From the NCBI GenBank assembly GCA_007571105.1, contig RKRZ01000188.1, positions 1 to 25,084 on the forward strand: DNA of 25,084 bases, written 5' to 3'. Under the pieces are notes generated by a model. The model saw nothing but the letters and a program-made list of their open reading frames with translations. It did no database searches and was not told the origin of the DNA. Position numbers and translations under genes: made by a program. The number at the start of each line of letters is the position of its first letter. Position 1 is the stretch's first letter. This stretch comes from Gammaproteobacteria bacterium. GTDB lineage: Bacteria > Pseudomonadota > Gammaproteobacteria > Poriferisulfidales > Poriferisulfidaceae. This document shows positions 8,170 through 18,103 of this stretch, piece after piece.

Positions 8170-10205
8170 GCGGCCAGACCCATTTGCCGCAATAGCGCAT
8201 CCGACTGCGGTTCCCGGCCGCGAAACGCCGCGAACATCTCGGCTGCCGGGCGTACCCCGCCGGCAGACAACAGGCATTTCTCAAAACGCTGCGCCACCTC
8301 GGGGTTGAACAGCCCCTCTTCCTCAAAAGCCTCAAAAGAATCGCCCGACAAGACTTCGGCCCACTTGTAGCTGTAATAGCCCGCCGTGTAGCCGCCTGAG
8401 AAAATGTGCTCGAAGGCTTGCGCCGTCCGCACAAACGAAGGCGTGTCAAGCAAATCGATTTCGGCGCGGATATCAGACAACAATTCCTCTACCCGCGCAC
8501 CCTGCCCGGGCTGATATTCCAAGTGCAGGAGAAAATCAAACAGGGCAAACTCCAACTGCCGCATGAGTGCCAGACCGGCCAGAAAGCGCCGGCTCTCCCG
8601 AAGCCGCTCCGTCAGCGCATGCGGAATTACTTCCCCCGTTTGGTAGTGCCGCGCAAAACGCTGCAGCACCTGCGGCTCCCAGCACCAATTCTCCATCCAT
8701 TGGCTCGGCCACTCCACCGCATCCCACTCCACGCCTTCAATGCCGGAGACGCTGGCACAATTCACCCGCGTCAGCATGTGATGCAGACCGTGCCCGAATT
8801 CATGAAACAGCGTCACCACGTCGGCATGCGTGAACAAGGACGGCACTTCCCCTGCCGGCGGCATGCCATTGCAGGTGAGATAGGCAACCCCGGGTTGGAT
8901 TTCGGCATCGCGCTGGCGGCGCTGCATGCAGACATCCATCCACGCGCCCCCATGCTTATCGGAACGAGCATAGGGATCAAGATAAAACTGGCCGCGCAAA
9001 TCACCCCCTGAATCCCTGATTTCGTAAAACCGGACATCCGAATGCCAGACCGCAGCATCCTCGCGGCGCACAATCTGAAGCCCGAACAATTCGGACACCA
9101 GATCCAACATTCCTTGAATGGTGGGGTCTGCGGCAAAGTAGGGCGCAACTTCTTCATCCGATAAATTGAGTTCACGCTCCCGAAGGCGCTCACTGACCCA
9201 GGCAAGATCCCAACGCTGAATGGGCTCTAATCCATATTCATTTTGAGCAAATTTTCTCAACGACTCTAATTCATTTTTCGCGGTCTGCTTCGCTCGATCT
9301 CTCAGATCGCCTAAAAAATCCAGCACTTCTTGGGGATTTTTCGCCATCCGGGTCTCCAGCTGGTGTTCCGTGATATTGTCGTATCCCAGCAGGCGCGCCG
9401 CTTTGTGGCGCAATTCGAGAATCTGTTCAATCGTCTCCGTATTGTCGTGTGTCGGATCGTGTGGCCCTTGATCCGATGCGCGCGTGGCGTGCGCGGTGTA
9501 GACCTCGCGCCGCAATTCCCGGTCCTGGGCATGAGAGAGAACCGCTTGCACACAGGGTGGCGTCAGATTGATTCGCCAACCCGACTCTCCGTGCGCTCGC
9601 GCATCGTCTTGCAACAGGGCGCGAACTCGTTCGGGTAAGCCCTCCAGGCGTGATTCGTCTGTAATCGACAATGACCAGGCTTGCGTGGAATCCGTGACAT
9701 TGTCGGTGAATTTCGCACAGGTGGCTGCCAGCGTCTGCTGGATCTGCGCAAATTCCGCTTTTTCTTTCTCCGCAAGCGCCACGCCGCCCAAGCGGAACGC
9801 TTGCAGTGCATGGCGGAGCTCCGCTTGGCGCTCAGTCGAAAGCGAGGCACCCAAATCGCTTTGATCAAGTTCAACGAATTTTGCATAGATTCCTTTATTT
9901 TGCGCTAAATATGTCTCATATTCCGTTATTTTCTCCAAACATGCGTTATAGGCCTCGCGCCATTGCGGCGTATTGAGTACCGCACGCAGGTGGCGCACCG
10001 GAGAGAATGCTTCATGCAGACGAGCCTCCGCCTGCTCAAGCGGAACCAGCAACTCCGCTTCCGTTGCTAATGCCGAGCACAGCGTCTCAAGCAATGCCTG
10101 ATTCTCTTCAATGATCTTCGTGATCGCGGGGACCGCATGCTCCGGCAGAATCCGGTCGAATGCGGGGAGCGGCAGCGCATCCAGCAGAGGGTTGGACGCG
10201 GGCAC
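8166..10205 (-). CDS. prlC: Oligopeptidase A (M3A)
   Basis: SNPLL N-terminus, KHGGAWM, TLFHEFGHGLHH (HEXXH), WDAVEWPSQWMENW, FSGGYTAGYYSYKWAEVL. GTG start directly follows the gyrB TGA. Confidence 0.95.
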   Translation of the reverse strand: MPASNPLLDALPLPAFDRILPEHAVPAITKIIEENQALLETLCSALATEAELLVPLEQAEARLHEAFSPVRHLRAVLNTPQWREAYNACLEKITEYETYLAQNKGIYAKFVELDQSDLGASLSTERQAELRHALQAFRLGGVALAEKEKAEFAQIQQTLAATCAKFTDNVTDSTQAWSLSITDESRLEGLPERVRALLQDDARAHGESGWRINLTPPCVQAVLSHAQDRELRREVYTAHATRASDQGPHDPTHDNTETIEQILELRHKAARLLGYDNITEHQLETRMAKNPQEVLDFLGDLRDRAKQTAKNELESLRKFAQNEYGLEPIQRWDLAWVSERLRERELNLSDEEVAPYFAADPTIQGMLDLVSELFGLQIVRREDAAVWHSDVRFYEIRDSGGDLRGQFYLDPYARSDKHGGAWMDVCMQRRQRDAEIQPGVAYLTCNGMPPAGEVPSLFTHADVVTLFHEFGHGLHHMLTRVNCASVSGIEGVEWDAVEWPSQWMENWCWEPQVLQRFARHYQTGEVIPHALTERLRESRRFLAGLALMRQLEFALFDFLLHLEYQPGQGARVEELLSDIRAEIDLLDTPSFVRTAQAFEHIFSGGYTAGYYSYKWAEVLSGDSFEAFEEEGLFNPEVAQRFEKCLLSAGGVRPAAEMFAAFRGREPQSDALLRQMGLAA

Positions 10206-12647
<2,442 letters not shown>

Positions 12648-12656
<9 letters not shown>

Positions 12657-13718
12657 TGAAATGATCCCCTGTTCCACGTGGAACATTCGGCCTTCTGAAG
12701 CCATCGGAAAGGCCCCGGAAGGCCCGCCCACACAGCTGGCAAACAGCTGCGCTTCGCAGGCCGCCAATGCCTCCATCATCCGTTCCATATGACTGGCATC
12801 CAGCTCCGCCGCCAAGTCATCCACCAGCAGAATGCACCGCTCTCCTCGAATCTCCTGAAACAGCGCAATCTGTCCGAGCAACAGGCAGCCGGCAAGCAAT
12901 TTGGTCTGTCCCCGGGATGCGCAGCGCGCTGCCGGCATCCCGTCGAGCATCAATTCCACATCAGCTCGATGCGGTCCCACATCCGTCGCGATCCCCGACT
13001 GGCTCTTGTTCAAGGCCTCAAACAATCCCGTTTCTCGGTCAAATCCCGGACGATACGCAAATTCCAGTTGCTGGCCCGGAAGCAAAATCTGCGCAAACCC
13101 CTCAATTGAATCACGCGCTTCCGCCAAATAGCGGTCGCGCTGCTCATCCATGAGCGTGCCGGCCTCGGCCAGGGGGGCGTTCCAGGCTTGCGGGTTTTGC
13201 TGCGCTTTAAGTGCGGCGTTGCGCTGCTTTAATGCGCGTTGATAACTTGCCCAGGTGCTCCGATATTCCGGTTCCACGTGGAACACGCCCCAATCCAGCC
13301 ATGATCGGCGCCGCGCCGGCGCGCCATGCACCAAAGCCTGGCTGTCCGGGTGAATGCTCTGAACTGCCAGTCGCGGCGCCAAGTCCGCCAGTCCCTTCAA
13401 TGTCTCCTGACCACAGCGCAATTCCAAGGAATCGGCAGTCCGTTGCTGGCTCAGCCAGAAGGGCGGTGCCTCTTCTTTTGCGCCTTCCGGCTGCACTTGC
13501 CCGCGGATCAGATAATGTGTTTCGCCCTGCGTAATCAACTCGCGGGCCTTGTCCGTTCGGAAACTGCGCCCCCGTGCAAGCAGGTCGATGGCTTCCAGCA
13601 GCGTGGTCTTGCCCGCCGCGTTGGCCCCCGTAATCAGATTTAATGTAGCGTGAAACTCAAGTTCCGGAACTTCACGCAGACAACGCAACCCCTGGACTTC
13701 CAGGCGGGACAAGTGCAC
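12648..13718 (-). CDS. recF: DNA replication/repair protein RecF
   Basis: GANAAGKTTLLEAI, GRSFRT, PARRRSWLDWGVFH, GPHRAD, SRGQTK, LLVDDLAAELD; position between dnaN and gyrB. Confidence 0.96.
12670..12685. other. parS centromere site (perfect palindrome)
   Basis: TGTTCCACGTGGAACA, a perfect 16-bp palindrome matching the tGTTtCACGTGaAACa consensus in its Pseudomonas-type CC/GG form. Encodes MFHVEQ in RecF. Confidence 0.9.
13270..13285. other. parS centromere site
   Basis: GGTTCCACGTGGAACA, 15/16 identical to the site at 12670. Encodes VFHVEP in RecF. Confidence 0.85.
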
Positions 13719-13724
13719 CGGAAA

Positions 13725-14837
13725 TCAGGTTCGCATCGGCATGATGATGTGCGTGCCGTCTGTTTTCTCTCCGGACGTCAACAAAATGCTGCTGGTCTCA
13801 TTCTTCAGCCAGAGCACCACGTCGTCGGCCTGCATATTCTGGAGCGCATCCGATAAGTATTTGATACTCATAGAAATTTCTACCGGGTCGCCGGAATATT
13901 CCACTTCGAATTCCTCGACGCCTCCATCCCCCACATTGTTCTGGCAACTGATTTCGAGCCGTTCGCCAAGGCTCAGCTTAATGCCCTTGAGCGCCTCATC
14001 CGAAACCGACTCCAGGCGCTCGGTCGCCGACAAAAAGCTGCGCCGATTCACCGTGGCGCTGATTTCCCGATCGGTCGGAACCACGGCGCGATAATCCGGA
14101 TACTTGCCTTCCACCAAAATTGTCTGCAAAACCTGGTTGCCGCCGCCAATCTCCGCGCGCAGATGGTTGCCGGCCAGCCGAAGCACAACGTCGCCTTCAG
14201 AATCGCCCTGCAGGCATTTGATTAATTCCTCCACGCTCTTGTTGGGCAGAATCAACTGTGTCGGCTCCCGGATTCCCGTCTCCAGCGGGTATTCCATCAC
14301 CGCCATGCGGTGTCCGTCCGTCGCGGCGGCAGCGATCTTGTCCGGAGCCACATCCAACAGAACTCCCATCAAGTAATAACGCATGTCGTTCGCCGCGGTG
14401 GCATATTTCACCGGCGCAAGCAGACCCATCAGAATTTCTGCAGGAATTTCAATGCGTTGCTCTTCCTCTTTGGATTCCATGCTGGGGAATGCTTCCGGGT
14501 CCCGCGTCACCATCGTGTAGTTGCTGCTCTTGTGGTTGAAGCGCATGAGGTTCTGCTCGGCATCGTGCTCGAACACAATCTCCGCATCACTGGGAAACCG
14601 GGAACAAACGGCCAGCAATTTTCTGGCAGGCAGGGTGCAGGGGATCAGGTCCTCCCCCTTGACTTCGACCATAAAACTCAAGCGCAAATTGTTGTCGGTC
14701 GCCGTGAACGTCACGCTGTCGGAGGTCGGCTCAATAAGAAAATCAGTCGTGGCGCTGACCGTTTGGGGTCCGGGAACAATGCCGGCGAGCTTGCTCAGCG
14801 GCGCCACGAGTTGAGATTGTTCAATAGTAAATTTCAT
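13725..14837 (-). CDS. dnaN: DNA polymerase III beta sliding clamp
   Basis: FTATD, LPARKL, DMRYYLMGVLL, AATDGHRM, EGKYPDYRAV, IIMPMR; 370 aa; SD TAGGA. Confidence 0.96.
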   Translation of the reverse strand: MKFTIEQSQLVAPLSKLAGIVPGPQTVSATTDFLIEPTSDSVTFTATDNNLRLSFMVEVKGEDLIPCTLPARKLLAVCSRFPSDAEIVFEHDAEQNLMRFNHKSSNYTMVTRDPEAFPSMESKEEEQRIEIPAEILMGLLAPVKYATAANDMRYYLMGVLLDVAPDKIAAAATDGHRMAVMEYPLETGIREPTQLILPNKSVEELIKCLQGDSEGDVVLRLAGNHLRAEIGGGNQVLQTILVEGKYPDYRAVVPTDREISATVNRRSFLSATERLESVSDEALKGIKLSLGERLEISCQNNVGDGGVEEFEVEYSGDPVEISMSIKYLSDALQNMQADDVVLWLKNETSSILLTSGEKTDGTHIIMPMRT

Positions 14838-14902
14838 GGGTCCTAATTCTTGTTGTTATTAAGCCGCGGCGGATTCGGGGAAAAGCCAAAAAACACTATG
14901 GA

Positions 14903-14915
14903 TATCAAAGCGTTT
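14903..14915 (+). promoter_or_regulatory. IHF-like binding site
   Basis: TATCAA-AGCG-TTT, one mismatch to WATCAANNNNTTR, preceded by A-tracts (AAAAGCCAAAAAAC). Confidence 0.5.
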
Positions 14916-14929
14916 CCTGGTCGCTCTGC

Positions 14930-14938
14930 GGTGGATAA
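14930..14938 (-). promoter_or_regulatory. DnaA box (1 mismatch)
   Basis: GGTGGATAA = TTATCCACC on the minus strand. Confidence 0.65.
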
Positions 14939-14998
14939 GGGAATGTGGGGTGGGCATGAATCCGGAAGCGGAGAGGGGATCAACAGAGAAGCGTCAGT

Positions 14999-15017
14999 TG
15001 TGAATAAGTTATCCACA
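14999..15017. promoter_or_regulatory. Inverted pair of consensus DnaA boxes
   Basis: TGTGAATAA-G-TTATCCACA. Both match TTWTNCACA and lie 14 nt past the dnaA stop. Confidence 0.9.
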
Positions 15018-15031
15018 TGATTTTGCCCGAC

Positions 15032-16377
15032 TCAGTTTAGCAGTTTTCGCTTGATGTTCTTATAGGCATCACGAATGCTTTGGCTTTCTCCGCCGATACT
15101 GTCGTCCTCGCCGTTGAGGATGGCGTCGATTTTATGGCAGGCGTGCAGGACGGTGGTGTGGTCACGCCCGCCGAAGGCTTCTCCGATGGAAGCCAGGCTC
15201 ATGGAGGTCAACTCGTGCGTCAGCTTCATCGCCAGCTGGCGCGGAACCACGATCTCTTTAGGCCGGCGCCGAGAACGGATGGCTTCTTCCGGGATTCCGA
15301 AGTATTCCGTGACGGTGGCGCGAATGCGCGAGACATTGATGAGCCGCTCGCGCACCGGCATGAGGTCGCGCAGCGCGTGGCGCGCAAAAGCGACATCAAT
15401 TTCGGCCTTCTCGATCCCGGCCTGCAGCAGCACGCGCGACAGCGCGCTCTCCAACTCCCGAATGCTGCCGATCATGTTCTCGCCGATGAAGTAAGCAACG
15501 TCATGCGGCAGGGTGACTCCGCGTTGCGCCGCTTTATTGAGAAGGATGGCGGCGCGGTGTTCGGTGCTGGGCGGATCAATGGCGGCAGAGAAGCCGCCGC
15601 CCAGGCGTGAAGACAGGCGCGTCTCAAGCCCGTCGATTTCTTTCGGATAGCGATCGCAGGTTGCGACGATCTGCCGTTGTTTGCCGACTAAGGCATTGAA
15701 TGTATGGAAAAATTCATCTTGCGAACGCTCCTTGCCGGCCAGGAATTGAATGTCGTCGATCAACAGCAGGTCGACGCTTCGATGAAAAGCCTTGAATTGT
15801 TCCACGCGCTTGTATTGCAGCGCGTTGACCAGCCCCTGCACGAACTGTTCGCAATGCAGGTAGACCACGTGAAGCTCCGGCTGGGTTTCCTGCACGTGGT
15901 TGCCGATGGCCTGCATCAGGTGTGTTTTGCCCAGCCCGACGCCGCCGTAGATCAGGAAGGGATTGAAATTGCTCTGGCCGGGTTCGCGGGCGATCTCGTT
16001 CGCCACGGTGTGCGCGATTTCGTTGGAGCGTCCGACAACAAATTTCTCGAACGTGAATCGCGGCAGCAGGGGGTCTTCAGAAGAGGGATTTTGCAGAGGC
16101 TGGGGGGGGGATTTTCGGCGGTCTCGGGAGAGCCGACCAGCAGCTTGACTTCTCTGACTTCGCTGTGAGCATGGTCTTCGGAGTGGATGAAGAAGTGTTC
16201 GATTCGGCCAAGAAAGCGGTTGCGGACCTGCTGGAGGACCACCAGATTGGGCGCCAGCAGACGAAGGATGTTGGAATCCTCCTCTGCGAACAGCGGGCGC
16301 AAAAAAGTATTGATTTCAGATTCGGGGAATTCCGTTTCCATTCGACGAAGACAAGCTTGCCAGGCAACAGAAGTCAC
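15032..16377 (-). CDS. dnaA: Chromosomal replication initiator DnaA, split by a 1-nt frameshift at 16102-16110
   Basis: Domain I (GTG 16377: MTSVAWQACLRRMETEFPESEINTFLRPL...APN) is in one frame. The AAA+ and DNA-binding domains (LLPRFTFEKFVVG, YGGVGLGKTHL, LLIDDIQF, RLSSR, IRELES, GGRDHTTVLHA) are in the -1 frame. C10 in place of C9 gives one 448-aa ORF. Confidence 0.95.
16102..16110. repeat. G9/C9 homopolymer at the dnaA frame junction
   Basis: TGGGGGGGGGA on the plus strand; the longest homopolymer noticed in the window. Confidence 0.95.
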
Positions 16378-16454
16378 GAACCGAATCCCGAGAGTGCTCG
16401 TTTTCTTTTCCCCGTCTGGTGGAACAGGCGCGAAAATCGTGGAAAGGGCCAAGC

Positions 16455-16589
16455 ACTATACGACATCCGAAAACCCGCCTCTGCAAGTATCGGAAATTTC
16501 AATAATATTGCTGAAAGCCCTTTTTTCAGAGTGCTTATATCTTATTGATATTAAATAATTTTGATGGGGTTAGGCGGAAGTTTTGCACA
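16455..16589 (-). promoter_or_regulatory. dnaA upstream region: -10 candidate, AT-rich tract, IHF-like site and DnaA box
   Basis: TATAGT (minus, 16460-16455); AT-rich about 16497-16563; TATCAATAAGATA (minus, 16550-16538, one mismatch to the IHF consensus) with an upstream A/T tract; TTTTGCACA (16581-16589) matches TTWTNCACA. Confidence 0.55.
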
Positions 16590-16651
16590 GAAATGACTGC
16601 AATTACAATAGCCTGGAGTCTTTGCGGTGCGGGCGCACTTTTCCGGTGGGC

Positions 16652-17146
16652 CTACGGGTAGATTTCGATGGGCGTGTTGAGGTCCACCAGATCCCAGACC
16701 TCTTTCATGTGCATGTTGCTAAGCGCAATGCAGCCGTCCGTCCAATTGCGGCCGCTGAACATCAGCAGGCTGCGCTTTTCCAGACCCGGCATGCCGTGAA
16801 TCATGATGTCGCCGCCGGGAGATTTGCCGAGCGTGCGGGCGTGGACACGGTCGGCGGCATTCGGGTAGGACAACTTGATCGAGCGGTAAAACCGGCTTTT
16901 CGTGTTGCGCTGATACAGCAGGTAGCGCCCTTCCGGAGTGCGCAAGTCTCCTTGATGACGTTTGTGCCCGACCGGATTGCCGCCGAGATAGATCGGATAA
17001 CTGCGGACTTTGCGCTGCCCGGCCATCAGTGACAGTTGCTGTTCAGATTTGTAGACGACCACGCGGTCGATCGGGCTGTCGGCAACCGCGGTTGCCGGCA
17101 GCACAGCGCACAAGATCCCTCCCCAAAACAGGCGGCGCGTGCTCAT
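16652..17146 (-). CDS. YkuD/L,D-transpeptidase-family protein (YafK/DpaA-like)
   Basis: GHKRHQGDLRTPEGRY, GGDIMIHG (His), WTDGCIAL (catalytic Cys); N-terminal signal peptide with TRRLF. Its ATG overlaps the M23 stop (ATGA). Confidence 0.85.
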   Translation of the reverse strand: MSTRRLFWGGILCAVLPATAVADSPIDRVVVYKSEQQLSLMAGQRKVRSYPIYLGGNPVGHKRHQGDLRTPEGRYLLYQRNTKSRFYRSIKLSYPNAADRVHARTLGKSPGGDIMIHGMPGLEKRSLLMFSGRNWTDGCIALSNMHMKEVWDLVDLNTPIEIYP

Positions 17147-17997
17147 GGCGCTGTGGCGGTGTCTGCCGATTCGGGCATCGGGCCGACCAAGAGCGCGGGG
17201 TCGACGCGGGTGTCAAACCAGTTCATGCGCCAATCCAGGTGCGGTCCCGTTGAGCGCCCGGTTGAGCCGACAGTCGCGAAGCGTTCGCCCCGACGGAGCT
17301 CTTGTCCGAGTTCGGCTTCGATGGCCTGCAGATGGAGGAACGTGGAGGAGACGCCATAGCCGTGATCCAGAATCACGGTGCCGCCGGTGTAGAACATGTC
17401 CGGGTGCGCCAGTGTGATGCGCCCGGAAGCCGGCGCATAGACTGGGGTGCCTTCCTCGGCTGCGATGTCGATGCCGTAGTGCGGATTGCGCGGTTCGCCA
17501 TTGAGGACGCGCGCACTGCCGTACACTCCGGTGATGACGCCTTCGACGGGCCATTGGAAACGCTCGGTGAACCCGAGCAGTGCGCTGGATTCGGCGCGGG
17601 CCTCGGCTACTTGCGCCTGGTCCTCGCGAATGCGCGTCAGGTCCTCTTCCTTGGGAGAAACCAGACGCGACGGCAACCCTTTAATGTGTTGCACCTGATA
17701 CTCGCGCGGCGCGATGCGCAAGGAATGTTGCGCCGTGGTGCCATCCGGGCTGGAGACGGTCAGGACGGAAGTCTCGGGATGATCGCGTCCGAAACCGAAG
17801 GTAAAGAACCCGTCCGGGGTGGTGGCGACAGGCTCGCCATCGAGCGTGACCTGTGCCCCGGGCGCGACCTGCCCGCGCAGCAAACCGCCTTGAGTCAGCG
17901 TGCCGTCCAGTGAGAGATCCATGGCGAGCAGGGCAGGGGCGCAGACGAGCAGCAGGGCGAGACCAAGTCGATGCGGCAAGAATGAGAGACAGCGCAT
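17143..17997 (-). CDS. M23 family metallopeptidase (peptidoglycan DD-endopeptidase-like), secreted
   Basis: Start re-placed at ATG 17997 (MRCLSFLPHRLGLALLLVCAPALLA signal peptide). WPVEGVITGVYG, PHYGIDIAA (HxxxD), DHGYGVSSTFLHL, GSTGRSTGPHLDW. Confidence 0.88.
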   Translation of the reverse strand: MRCLSFLPHRLGLALLLVCAPALLAMDLSLDGTLTQGGLLRGQVAPGAQVTLDGEPVATTPDGFFTFGFGRDHPETSVLTVSSPDGTTAQHSLRIAPREYQVQHIKGLPSRLVSPKEEDLTRIREDQAQVAEARAESSALLGFTERFQWPVEGVITGVYGSARVLNGEPRNPHYGIDIAAEEGTPVYAPASGRITLAHPDMFYTGGTVILDHGYGVSSTFLHLQAIEAELGQELRRGERFATVGSTGRSTGPHLDWRMNWFDTRVDPALLVGPMPESADTATAP

Positions 17998-18103
17998 TTG
18001 GGCGCGACAGTATACCGCCTGGGTCGGGGACAGGTTGTAGAATGGAACGGACAGGGAAGGACTCGCAGTTCTTTTTGGAAACTTCGTCTGCAGGAGCGAA
18101 ATC

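Larger units (their letters stand above)
14838..15031. other. Chromosomal replication origin (oriC) candidate in the dnaA-dnaN spacer
   Basis: Three DnaA boxes, an IHF-like site, an AT-rich patch at 14843-14862, and a GC-skew sign change between dnaN and dnaA. Confidence 0.85.

Noticed and set aside
13610-13640. RecF Walker A GANAAGKT lacking the usual fourth Gly as a sign of inactivation
   Set aside because: Ala at this position is found in functional RecF proteins (for example GENAQGKT in Bacillus).
15032-16006. 324-aa ORF-track DnaA starting at GTG 16006 as a stand-alone gene (Hda-like)
   Set aside because: The start falls inside the AAA+ domain, conserved sequence continues upstream in frame (LLPRFTFEKFVVG), and domain I is present in the adjacent frame. 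It is one frameshifted dnaA.
16624-16650. Hairpin GTGC-GGGC-GCAC followed by TTTT as a terminator for the M23-YkuD pair
   Set aside because: The stem is only 4 bp and the T-run is on the strand opposite to those genes.
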